The translations under genes and the position numbers were made by a program. The notes beneath the pieces were generated by a model. It did no database searches. It saw only the letters and a program-made list of their open reading frames with translations, and was not told where the DNA came from. Of a stretch of 64,000 nucleotides of DNA, positions 11,101-23,000 are shown piece by piece. The DNA lies in the NCBI GenBank assembly GCA_010093995.1, contig ML992508.1, forward strand, positions 964,506-1,028,505, written 5' to 3'. Numbering within the stretch: position 1 is the first letter of the stretch; the number at the start of each line of letters is the position of its first letter. The DNA comes from Elsinoe ampelina (Eukaryota).

Positions 11101-11479
11101 CCTCAGTGGAATCCTGGCTCTGCCAAGTCAATCTCGCCGACGTAAGTGCCTTGCACTGGATAAGCATGATGAAGATCTTGCTAACATGGAACAGATCGCC
11201 AAGCTACTCACCCTCGTTCGTCTCTCGTGATCTCATCTCTCGCACTCGAGGATGAATTCCCTCGAATTCGCAAAGCGTTGGATAGCTGACACGATGCAGG
11301 TCTCCGATGTTCAGTCCTCAATCTCCTCAACAAAATGACTTTAGCCCAAGTTCTCCAAAATATACTCCTCTATCTCCGGGTCCAAAATCCCCGGTATACT
11401 CACCTTCGTAAGTACTGCGATGAATGGCTGGATGTCGAGGTGAGCATGGCTGACCTATACAAGCTCTCCTCAACAGTAG
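5196..11479 (+). CDS. RPB1: RNA polymerase II largest subunit, 14 exons, about 1758 aa
   Basis: join(5196..5552,5608..10088,10139..10192,10248..10268,10332..10352,10410..10430,10488..10508,10601..10648,10738..10758,11001..11021,11076..11141,11195..11215,11300..11407,11464..11479). Contains [10 protein letters not shown], catalytic [19 protein letters not shown] and a heptad-repeat CTD. Each intron has a donor, a CTRAY branch site and an AG, and the join keeps frame to SPQQ-TAG. Confidence 0.96.
10089..11479 (+). repeat. RPB1: Micro-exon array encoding the RPB1 CTD heptads (12 same-phase introns, seven 21-nt exons)
   Basis: Spliced translation: [145 protein letters not shown]. Confidence 0.9.
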
Positions 11480-13161
11480 TCTCGCTCGAGACAGCAGCTT
11501 GCCAGTATGAGCAAGAGTGTGTCAGGGACTCGCTCAGCCACTTCACACAAGTGGCTCATCACCATTCGATTTCAGCAATGCATACCGGCGTTCCGGGAAT
11601 TATACAACCAACAAAACATTACAAAAGCGATCACTTTTCGATTTCCGCATAGCGATGTATTATCAACAATTATCTTACAGCCAATGGCTGCAATCGAGAG
11701 CCAAATGGTTTGACAGCAGCGATGGAGGAAGTGGGGAGAATGTGGAGAGGGATTGGGGGTGGAAGACAAATTGATACCAGCAGCAGCATCGAGTGAGGTG
11801 CGTTAGCTTGTGGAAACAGTAGAGATGCACAGAGACGATGAATGAGCATTACTGAAAAATCTATTCCCGGGTGACAATGTCTGGCTAGTCCAATTGTTAA
11901 TCATGTTGCGTTTGGACGTTTGCCTTTACACACCTCGGCGCCGTACGTGACTCTGCGCCGCAGCATCTTGACACTATCGTTTGGTCCCTTGAGTCGTTCC
12001 TGGCTGGATCTGTCGACGTTCTAGCTGAATCTCTCGGTAATGAAGAAGATGTCGGTCAAGATATCATCGCATCAGTCAACAGCCTCACAAGAGCGAGTGA
12101 GTTACGTCAAGTGAGGACAATCGACGGTCTGGCTGGAGATCTCGGTACTTTTGTTAGACTAGTGGTCCCTGAGGATCCCTCATTCATCCTGGGTATCATC
12201 AAACCTCTTGCAACAGACCCTATCCGCAGCTCGACTACTTGCACCATCTACCTCGGCCGATCCTTCTCAGCAGGAGTCAGTGGCAACCCGCTCAGCTTCG
12301 TCTACTCCTCCTACTCAAGGACAAATCCCGGCAGCTGCCTCGACGTCCACCCAGACCTCTTACCGTGCGATCGTCACAGCCCCGTCTTGAACTATCGATC
12401 AAGGTTTTGATTCAGCAGAAGCCGCAGCTCTCGTGTCACGGTCCTCCCAAAGCTTGGGCCCTACCACAGACAACGTGATAACTTCACCGTCGGCCCGAGC
12501 GTTCGACCAAGCGAATGCCACGGCGCCTACCCCAAGAACGAAGCGTCCTCTCGGTCTTGAAAACAGGCCAGTCATAGCCGTCTCTTCAGCACATCCGCCT
12601 GTCGATCTAGAAGGGCCGGATACATCCGTCGCGCTCCTCAGGACGCAAGCAGATGTCTCGCCAGCCCGACTGTCCCGTCCCCATATGTGAACGATCTGGA
12701 GACCGGGCCCAATCAAGTCGGCTGTCTGGTAGTACATCATTGCCACAGCCTTTAGCTGCACCCAGGCCGATTTCATCAACACACCAGTCTACACCGGCGA
12801 GCGGATGATCCATGTTACATATTATCAGCAACGAGGCATATGCACCAAATTTCCAGCCACTGTGGACGTGACGATCGTCATCGCGCAGCACATCACCCGA
12901 TGGAGGGCTATCGCTTCTTTGCCATTTTGACCGTATCTGCGACATTTTCCCGCCACGAACATCCCATCAGGTGCTACAATAGCAGGACTCATCCCTTGAG
13001 TCCACTCTAAGTGGTTTATAGCCATTGATCCACCGCTCGGGGCGGTCATACCCGCCCTGTGACACTCGTCAATAGCCACGCGAACCATTAACTTCCAGTC
13101 AAGAAACTCCAACTGCGAGGCTGCAACAAAACCTGCTGGAGTCCTTAGACTGCTCCCGGCA

Positions 13162-14421
13162 ATGTCTGACGACGAATTTGACGATGTTCTCAAAGGTCTG
13201 CATTCCGTTTTACACCACACTTGTCGATAGAGCAGCAGAGCCTCTGGCGCCGGGAGAGCTAGAACTGGCGCGTATTTCGGCGAAGGGCTTTCTCCTGTTC
13301 CTGTTCGACATGCTGAATGAAGCCCCGCAATTTTCATACAAGCTGGACAAGCCCGCGGGCAATCGACCCTCGTTGTGGCGATGCATCTTGTTCGCGAAGA
13401 ACGAAGAGTTGGTAACCTACCAGCCATACTTGGTGGTACTTGCCTTGGCAATCCAAGAAGAGACCATTGATGCTCGCGGGCTTGCCAATGCATTGCGCGA
13501 CTACTTCATCCTGGACGAGGTGGTGGTGGCGCAGGCTTTGATCCGCTTGCTTGAGGATGACGAGTACACGTACACTCACAACACGGTGGTGGATCTACAC
13601 CGTCTCCGCGACATCCTGGACCACACTCGGTTGTCGGCCTTACGTCTTTTAGCCCTCTTTCCCTCACACCGATATCCGAGCTGAAGAGGTGGCAAGTGCT
13701 CTACGCGGCACTGGCGGACGTGGCAGAGACGGATGTCATTGGAGGATTCTGGGTCAAGACAGCGGCTGGGATGAAGAGGCCAGGGAAGTCATACACTGTA
13801 CCCACGGACGCCACCAGTCCTTTTGGCCGCCATCCGCTACAGTATTTCCTGGCTACAAGTCGCCTGGGAATGTCACCGGAAGATCTGCAGGCGTTGAAGG
13901 TCGACAACACAAAGGATATCTCCGACGTTTATGAGTTCCGCCTGGCAGATGCCTTCGACAACTACTTGGCGTCGATCAACTTCGCGGCCTTCCTCCGGTC
14001 CCAAGTTGCAATGTCCGAGGTCAACGTCCCGCTACCTGCGGTGGTACCACAGGTCGCGCCAAAGATTTCGCGGTACAAGCTCGCAGGAGACATCGACCTG
14101 CCGACGCTCCATCATGTAGAAGTCTTCTGGCCCCAGCATGGGCTAGATCACCGTCTCAGATGCTCGGCAGCGTATGTGCTGGTCATGCTGAACGCTACCG
14201 CCGCGACGGTCACCGACCTAGAGGCATACTTTAGCGTGTACAAGGCCATCAGCCCGCAAAAAACCGCAGCAAATCTGTTCAGGCTCCTCGAAGCAAGGAA
14301 ACACCAACTTATCCGCAGCAAGGTTCCAGCCTCCAAGCTGCTCCCGCCACTCGCAACCAAGGGCGACTCAATGTCGGAGGATGTCGAGAATCTATGTCAT
14401 AAGATTTTCAGCAATTTTTAG
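13162..14421 (+). CDS. Orphan protein-coding gene or decaying gene, unknown function
   Basis: Adjacent protein-like ORFs 13178..13684 and 13696..14421 are in different frames. They can be joined by a weak intron (13630..13688, GTTGTC...GAG). Candidate start MSDDEFDDVLK at 13162. No recognisable domain. Confidence 0.35.
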
Positions 14422-14817
14422 ATCCCCACGCAGAAGCAGCGAGAGGAATTCTACACATGGCGCCGCATCCAGACGGCTCGCCTGACCACCGATAAACTTC
14501 AACAGGTCCAAGAGGAGATGGACAGCAAATACCCCGCAGATCAGGTCCTGGAGGTTGCGTCTGCGGGTCTGACCATTGTTGTGAGGGACGATCACGCCCC
14601 TTACTCGGCTGACTTCCAATGTCCACCGGGCAAGCCATCGGTGGATGCAGCGTACATCTTACGACGGACCTTTGCTGGAGAATATACGTTCATGGTGCAC
14701 CCTCGCTTGTGCAAGCCGATGGAGGACGGAGTCGACCCCGCTCTCATCATCAGCAGCGCGCCCAGCAGCAAGTCGGGAGGTTACGCCAACGCAAGGCTCT
14801 GACATTCAGCACAAGTA

Positions 14818-15435
14818 TTGCTCAAGGCCACGCCTGACGAGGGGTCGCGAAGCTCGCTCTGCAACGCCTCTTGGTACTATCTGAGCATACCAAGCATTGA
14901 TCGCAGGAAACAGGGATACACAAAGTGTTGCACGTGCTGGGGAGTTGCAGCCGCAGTAGTTCTGTATATGCATTTCGGAGGGAGACGAACTCTTGACAAG
15001 GATGCCGAGACCGTGATAAGAAGTCTAGAGTTCCTCGACACCAAACTTGTCTGTAGCTTCTCCTCTATCCTTCATAATGAAACGCGAACAGGTGGGGACT
15101 TGGACTGGATTACGGGATCAGAGGTGGCGGAGGTCGTCAATGCTGTATGGGACGAGTGTGCTGTTATGAGAAGTATGGCCAACTGTGAGGAAATTCATGT
15201 AGAAATTGAAGCGTATTGCAGCATGATTCCTTCGTGTCGCTTCTTCGACGGTAGAGGTGAGGACGATGATTCTTGGTATGCTCTGAAAGTGGATCAGACA
15301 CGTCTGGTGCACAATAGGATGCCTTTCCACTCAATATGTGAGTTTCTCGCGAATGCTCGAAACATTGCCATTGTGAGCGTGGACATGGGGCGTCAACAAG
15401 ATGGAGGCAAGCCCCAATTTCGATGGCGCTGGTAA
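14818..15435 (+). CDS. Hypothetical protein (orphan ORF, 205 aa)
   Basis: Open frame with globular-looking composition; no motif recognised. Confidence 0.2.
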   Translation: MLKATPDEGSRSSLCNASWYYLSIPSIDRRKQGYTKCCTCWGVAAAVVLYMHFGGRRTLDKDAETVIRSLEFLDTKLVCSFSSILHNETRTGGDLDWITGSEVAEVVNAVWDECAVMRSMANCEEIHVEIEAYCSMIPSCRFFDGRGEDDDSWYALKVDQTRLVHNRMPFHSICEFLANARNIAIVSVDMGRQQDGGKPQFRWRW

Positions 15436-15781
15436 TCTATCGATACTGATAGCGAATTCACCTTTCCCGATTCCAGTGCATGATCTGGACGCAATGCGTG
15501 CGTTGAATGTTGTCGTCTTTCATGTTCGATCTGGTTCTCGTACCGTGAAAAAGTCCCATCCCAGTATCACATGACAGAACCCGCCACAGTGGTCGCCTTG
15601 CCTAGCGCTATCACCTCGTTTGTAGCTTGGACAAATGACAAAAAGCCCTCTTTCGCTTTGTTTCGTTTTTCACACTTCGTTTCCTCTTCACTGGCAAATC
15701 AATTCGAGCATATTCCTCATCGACCAGCATCATCAGCTCCGTACTGCTCAGCCGTCGCCACGCCTCACACCCCCACTCACC

Positions 15782-16396
15782 ATGTCTACTCACCCAGAGC
15801 CTTTCGATATTTCCATCACCATCATGCTGACCGACATCCGCACCGACAAACGAGGCGGTACCAAGCCCACGTTAGACATGGAGACCTTCGTCCCGGTGAC
15901 CCCAACCTCCCTGGAGCTGGGCAACGTTCGCGCCATCGCCCGCGGGACCAACGACAATTTCCACATTGCTTGCGCTCACATGGCCTGGATCCGCGGCTCC
16001 ACCACTTCTGCTCAGATGCACGAAGCCATCATCGCTCTGTCTGTCGCCGTCGAGAAGAAGAAGAAGAAGATCACTTCCGAGACCGCGGGGCCCCAGCCAG
16101 TCCCTCAGGTGAAGGTCTGGCCCTGGACTACTGTAAGGGACCTGGAGAAGGAGGGTACCCACATCGCAACCATGTCTGCCGGAGGCGCACCCAAGTTGGC
16201 TGAATTCGTGCCGACTGGAAGAGAGAGGACGGCTTTCGATGCGCTGTTGGGGGGTGGTCGTGGGGTGATGGACTTTGTGTATCTGCTGGTGGCCAATATG
16301 AGGGAGGTGCTTGACCTGGGGGAGCTGGAGGAGGTGTTGGAGTTGGCCAAGAAGGGGCATGAGGTGGAGAAGGCGAAGAAGGAAGGAAAGGCTTGA
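15782..16396 (+). CDS. Hypothetical protein (204 aa, MSTHPEPFDISITI...)
   Basis: Good start context (CACCATG), strong third-position C/G codon bias, and the C-rich to G-rich profile seen in real genes in this window. No known domain recognised. Confidence 0.6.
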   Translation: MSTHPEPFDISITIMLTDIRTDKRGGTKPTLDMETFVPVTPTSLELGNVRAIARGTNDNFHIACAHMAWIRGSTTSAQMHEAIIALSVAVEKKKKKITSETAGPQPVPQVKVWPWTTVRDLEKEGTHIATMSAGGAPKLAEFVPTGRERTAFDALLGGGRGVMDFVYLLVANMREVLDLGELEEVLELAKKGHEVEKAKKEGKA

Positions 16397-17815
16397 GTGC
16401 TAGATGGCAGTGCCGGTCCACCGCTCCCAACACACGCGGCATTGCGGCGATGGTCAGCTGGGCCAGCTGAGGGAATGAGACAGTATACATGCCACGACCC
16501 GCCGTGACAGCATGCCAGAGGAGAAGCATGTCATCGCTAGGAGCGAGCCATCCCTGGCAGAAAAGTCTGGCATGATGATCAGCACCCACATAACTCACAT
16601 CAATGGAAGCCACTCCCCTGCCACCATGCCTCCCTCTCCGCCTTGTGATCCTACCAGACCTGCCACTCCCCTCCTCTCCGGCCACATCTTTCCTTACCCC
16701 TGTACCTTCAGGTCCTAGACCTCTGGGGTCCACCGTACGTCCCGAGTAAGCGCGATGCTTCAGGATCTGGGGTGCGCTGTTGGTGCCAGCCCATGACAAC
16801 ATTTCCCGCCGAGTAAAATCTCGAGTGCTACCGTCGTTGTGAAGGCAATGCGTACACCATGAGATCGACAGACCAGAATGGTAGAAAGAGACCAAAGAGA
16901 CACAAAGAACGACAAATGGAAAAAAAAGAGATACCCACCCTCTCAGGCAGCCCTCACGACATGTCATCAAGAACAAAGAACTTTTAGATGCGGTATGGTA
17001 TAGTATAGTGAAGCCCCTGAAGTGCTATGCTTGCTTGCCCTTCACCCTGCATGTCTGCACCCCCACCGGCCTTGCCATCCACATTGCTTGTCCCCCTCAG
17101 CCAAGTCGCCCTCCCCGACCTGCCCTCCAGTCGTCCTTGTGTACAAGTTCCTCCCCGCATACCCGAAAAGCCGCAGCACGTATCGTTGCCCTGTGCTCCG
17201 GCCCCACCCCATGTCTATATTCGTGCCCAGAAAAGCAAAAGTGTATGCCGCGAAGATTGCATATCGCGCCCCTGCCGTCCCCGATTGGAGGACGGAGTCG
17301 CAGAGCAGGAGAGAGGAAAATTTTGCAAAAGGAGAATGAGAATGCCCGGTCCGGAACGCCTTGCGGTAACGATCGAAGATGATTGTCCCGGAAAAAAGTA
17401 TGCTGCTTGAAGGGCGATCAAAAGCAGGCTAATTGCAATGCGCTGTTGAAAGAGCCAGATCCGTTGACGGTTGCGGTCGTGAGACGTGGATGATTATAAT
17501 GTCCAAAAAAGAAGTTGAGAAGGAAAATATCGAACTGTTTGTGTTGCTGGTTTGCGTTTGATCCTAACGTGTTGGGTCGTTGCTGTAGCCCAATCGCGTC
17601 ATGCTCAGTCGCTGTTTTGACGTTGCTGAGAGAAAGGACTCGTACATGGAAAGACGTATCCGATCCTGTTCGGAGTGGAATACTTCATTCGGTCATGTCG
17701 TTGGTCATTAGCATGCGTTGCGTCGTTCCCATCAGGACTGGTTATTCCTGAATTGAGAAGTTTGTTTCTGATGTCGAGAGGTGGGTTTGCGTTTGTCAGA
17801 AGTTGGTTCATGCAG

Positions 17816-20083
17816 TCATCCACGGATTGCGGTGGGAGCCCGTGACTCCATGAAGCCCTCCCGCTTGTGATGGTAGGGGTACCTAAAGTGGACCGGCGAG
17901 GAATCTCTCGAATGCGGAGCCATAATTGCCACGTGGGCAGGTGAACCAGTACGAGGGACGAAGGGGTCGGCTGGCGGCGAGAACAGCTTAGACTCGCTGG
18001 TGCCATCGAGCTGGGGAGACATGGCCACCGGTGACGGATTCTGTGACCCAGACTTGAAGTAGCCGTCTTCATCAACAGCACCGTCGGAGGATGTTTTTGT
18101 TGACTTCTTGGCCTGAGGCGACAGCTTCCCTGCAGGAGCAGTAACGGTAGTGGCGGTAGGCGTGAACTGCAGTGACGATTAGCAAGGAGTTGCGGCCGGG
18201 CTACCGGTTGTTGTTCGGGAACCTACGTAGCAGTATTTGGAGACCAGGTCCTTGTATTGAGCTGAGCCGATGGCAGGTCGATCGGTGGTCAGCTGTTCTG
18301 GTCGTTCTACGGGATCCTTCTTTGGCGTCGTCTTGGTCGTGTCTTGGGCAGTGAAGTAGCCTTGTGATGCGTTGGAGGCTGCCTTTGGTGCCAACAAACC
18401 GCTCTGCTTGCCGAGCTTATCCTGAGCATTGGAGAGGGCGGCCGATAGCGATGCGCCAAAATCGTACCTCCCACCAAGTCCCTGACCTGGTTGTGGAGCA
18501 CCGTTGGTGGCGAGGAAGTTGGCCCTTTTGGACCGAGGCTTTAGCTTGATGGCAGGCTGGTGGTCGTCACCGAGAAGTTCCTTGGCAGTCGAAGCACCAA
18601 AGGAGTAGCTGGAGTTGTCGACCTGGACGGCCATATCATCATCGATGGATGGAGCTCTAGCCCGACCACGTGATGTTGGTGGAGAGTGACGACTCCGAGG
18701 GATGGCGTTCAGTGGTCGTGCACCCAACGGTGAGTAGGTGCTGGAGACTGTCCTTACGTTATTGATCTTCTTGATGAAGTCAATTTGGTAGTTCGTGTCG
18801 GCATTGTTGTCCCAGAATTCTTGACCGGCGACGTTGTACCGCACGCAAAGTAGGAGAGTCTTTGTCTCGAGGTTGGCTTGATCAGCGAGTCTGATGCTGA
18901 AGGTGAAGCGGTCGAAGCCATCGGAATGCGTCGCTCGTACATCGTTGCTGAAGTCGGCGGAGACCTCCGAGGTGGTCTTCCAGTAATCGAGAGTAAATCG
19001 GGCGACGACGAACTTTTGGAAGGAGATGTTGGCAACGGCGACTTGTCCCACGAGGCTCTTGTTATCAGCCGACAAGAAGAACTTCTCAACCCAAATTGGC
19101 TTGAGCTTGCGTTCAGGTGCGTCGTCTGATGGGAAGTTGGCAAGCTTGATGTCCCACTCGATCTTTGACTTTTTGCCATCGAACGGGAACTCGCTCTCGC
19201 TCTCGTACGTCTCGACTGGTGATGACCCAGCACTGACGGCGGAGGGCTTGTCGACTTGCAGGAAGTGTCGGGTTTGATTGCCATCATCGTTGAAGTGGAC
19301 TGTCTTGTTATATGTCGGTGTGCCAGGCATGCTCGAATACCTTCTTCGCGATGATGGTCGGAGAGCCGGCTTGACGAGCTCACCAGACTTCTTCCTTACG
19401 AGGGGAGGCTTGCCACCGCGTAGCTCATCGTCACTGTCATCTGAGCCTGATGTCTGCGATGAAGCGGTGTTCGAGATGTGGGGAATAGCGGTCTCGGTCG
19501 ATGACCTCGAATGCGATATCTTGCGAGCTTCGGGGCTGAGTCTGGTCGGCGATGTCATCGAGGTCGTTGGCTCGGAAGCGGCGGAATGTGGTAGAGGTGC
19601 ATCACCCCGTTCTGGCGATGTCTCCCTCTTGATACTCATGGACCGTACAGCCTGCTGAAGCTCATTCCATGTATTCTCAACCTCCCTCCGTCTGCTGGTT
19701 CGTGTTGCCGACTCATCACCGTCCGAGTTCTCCGAGGAGTCAGGCGGTGAGATGATAGCTCCAGTGGGAATGACGAGATCATTGAGAGGCGGTGGTGATT
19801 GCCTCAAGCTTGTGCTGATTAATATCGACTCTGCATCTTTCGACCCCGAATTGAACTTGTATGTGGCCGCATTGGCATCTTGTGTTGTCGGCGAAGTGAC
19901 GGACGGACTCCGGCGGTGCTTGTTCATGTATGCAGTCGAGCTCATCGATCTTGGGAGGGCAGGTCGGGTCTGAGTTGGAGAGAGACTGTTGATGTCATGG
20001 CTATATGAGGAATTCCGGCTGATAGCAGGTGTGGATGATTTTGACGAGGCGGGCGATTGCTGTGATGGCGGTGTGTACGGCAT
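17816..20083 (-). CDS. Protein phosphatase 1 glycogen-targeting regulatory subunit (CBM21 domain; Gac1/Gip2/Pig-like)
   Basis: complement(join(17816..18166,18227..20083)); 60-nt intron GTAGGT...GCTAAT..CAG. Contains RKKSGELVKPAL, the RVxF-type PP1 docking motif KTVHF, and a CBM21 signature (GQVAVANISFQKFVVARFTLDYWKT...FWDNN..NY). Ends PTAIRG. Confidence 0.88.
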
Positions 20084-23000
20084 TCCGAGAAGTCGTGCAG
20101 GTGAGGGTCGGATGAGGACTTCAGGACGAAAGGTGCATCGAATGTTTGGATAGGTGGGAGACGTTAGAAATCCAGAAGACGAGGCTGAACTGTGAGGCGT
20201 CAGCGGTCAATCGACGTGTCGCGGGTATGGCAGGTGGTGACTGCTTACAATGACAATTAATAGTCCAATCGCTTACTCAATCGAAGAGAAATTTGGCCTC
20301 TGTAGAGCCCGCAGGTTCGACTAGGGATGGGCGAAGTGTATATCTGGGGATGACGAGCTAGTCAAAGCCGCCGTCTTTGGATATGCAGTCGCGATTGCTG
20401 AACGTTTGGCAACAATTGTTCGCGTGTCGAGTCGGTGCGTTGAGTGTTCGACGAAGATGTGTCGGGGGTTAAGGAAGGCGTGACCGTGGTTTGGTGTTTC
20501 TCAACCAGAAACCAGGATGCGTCTTTGTATAGTGGGCTGACTCTGGAGTACAGCCGCGTGCAGACAGAACAAAGAAACCGGGAGTGCTGGGATAAAAAGT
20601 AAAACGTCAGAAGAACGCAGCTCGAACACTCCAGGTATGAGCAATCCGTCGAGACCCAGTCAGACCAGTAGATGATGGAGGGGGAAGGGTGGAGAAAATT
20701 GTTGGAAGTGCAAAAGGTGTTGAGGAAGGTTGTTGAAGGGCGGGATGGGTTTCGCGGGCTTGGTATGGATGGTACTCGGAGGACAGTACAGTTGTATGAA
20801 AGATCTTCGGACAGAGCCACGTCGGCACCACGTAAAACAGAGTTTCAGCAGAGGCTCCACCGTCATGCAGTAGCCGCCTCAAATGAACGAGTACAAGGTC
20901 TGTCCAGACATGACATTGGGGGGGGGGGGGTGAAAGGAAGAGCTGGAAGGCGAGGCAGGCGGCGAGATAGAGGGCCACACGGTCCAGCAGGATACAGAAA
21001 GCTTGACAAGACGCCCTCGAGTCAGTGCCCTGTCCACCAAGGAGTCGCGCGGCGGCGAATCAAAGGTAACCGCTACGCCGACGACGGTACGGCAGAGTTA
21101 GGTTGGGGATAGACGAGCTTGGGAGCAGTTGGACAGACCGAACAGGCCAAACAGACCAAACGGATCCCGGCACAGCGGGCAATCCCATATCGTCTCCCAC
21201 ATTGGATTGCTAATTTACTCCACGACCGGGCGGCGATACGATGGCGACGAGACCTTTGGGGTCCAGTCAGATACCCACAAATACAAGTCGTCTGTACCTC
21301 GCCCCAAGAAGGATCGCCATCCCACGAACAAGAAGGGGGACCAGTACATGCGATGCTGTACTCTCTTGGTGGGGAAACACCGTTGGGCCTGTCCGAAATG
21401 GACCTGTCGCAGAGCACGGCCTGATAGAGTTGCTGTATGAACAAGACACAAGCAGCTGTCAGTCTCACACGTCCTGCCAGGTGCAAACGAGGCTGCGACA
21501 CATGCCCAGCAAGCCTGACTATGCCCGTCTATCGCGAACGGCAACCATCAATCTCCGGTTTGCCATTGGGGAACGCACGGTATGCGGCGGATGGAATGGA
21601 AACGAAACGCACACTTTTTCTTGCTTTGGTCGAAAATTCTTGCAACGAGACGTCCTCTCCGGCGAATGGCATGCCCGCGTCTACACCGCGAGTAGTATCG
21701 AAATTGGGACAAACGCTGCGAACGGGCAGCCTCGCCAACTATTCGGACGACCATGACGGTTATGCAACGAGAACGTCGATCACACCCCCAAGTCGCGATC
21801 CTCCTCTCCACTGGCAACGCCTCAGCCGTCTCTAGCTCCGAACCACTGCCCGTCGCCGCTGTGCAAAACTGCAGCACAAACTGTATATCTTGGTCGACTA
21901 GCCCAGCAGGAACGTCGTCCGTCTTAAACGGGCTACAGCAGATCTTTCTCCTGAAGAAGAAAATTTCTTCCCGGTCTTGCCAGATGGGAAAAGATCCATC
22001 TCAGATCTCGAACATTCTCTGCCGTGTTCCTGCATGTAGAGGCGTGAGCATTGTTATTGACAGTCAAATTCGAGTCTGTACTACTACCACAGCGCGGGGC
22101 TGTGACACCACACCAGCTATCCTGCCGTCATCACGCCTAGATAAGGACAGGAATAAGCGATGAGCTGGAACCAAGGAAGTCGCCCGCCCCAAGGACCATA
22201 ATTGGGGGAGCTATGACCTCCTGAAGATCTCCCAGAGCCGCATCCGGCTTATTGCTATGCACGGCCTCATGTTGTGGCTCGACTTTTTTTTTTTTGGCTG
22301 CACTCATCCCATCAACGGTCGTGGGAGATTGTGGCAGCAATATGAAAGGACTCCGCGGGGCCAGGATGTCTCGCTGAAAGCAGAAGATTAGCAATCTCTG
22401 CAATCTTCTCCCACACGCGGGTGTAAAGGAATGGCGGTCAGTCTGGCCCACGGCAAACACAGAAATCCTGACACAATCAATCGACCTGGGCGTCTGCTCT
22501 ACACATCCCACTTCCAACATTGTTCCAGCCGCGCCGTCCTGACACGTCCTCTTGAGGCTGGCCGGCCATTCACATCTCTTACAACATCCTAATATACATG
22601 CACTAATAAGGGCTCTCCGCATTCTCGGCCGTCTTCCGGATGCGTTTCGGTTTGGCGCAAATAACCACGCGAGCTGCTGCAGAAGTCATGACGGCATTCG
22701 GAACCAATGCGTTTTTCTCATGGCCTTGTTTGCGACCATGCGTTGCTTGCCCCTTAGACTTTTCGTTTCCGATCAATGACCATCGACGCGATGGTTCACT
22801 GACGAGTCTTCCGCGAGCATGATTTGACCAACGTCATCCACGTAAGCCGACTTGTGAAGCATGGAAATCACAGCCAAGCATGCGCATTACAAGTCGTGGC
22901 TTTGATTGCCATGATCGCTTGCATGTACCACGAAACAAGCCACATCTGGGAACAATAAAGCGACAGAAGAGGCAACTATCGACACACTCTATCTCTGCTC

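Noticed and set aside
11142..11194. C-box-like ATGATGA inside a CTD intron (intronic snoRNA?)
   Set aside because: The intron is only 53 nt with no downstream CTGA D box or terminal stem.
10139..11479. Repeat-spacer look of the CTD region resembling a CRISPR-like array
   Set aside because: The repeats are conserved at amino-acid rather than nucleotide level, the spacers carry donor, branch and acceptor signals, the context is eukaryotic, and no cas genes are present.
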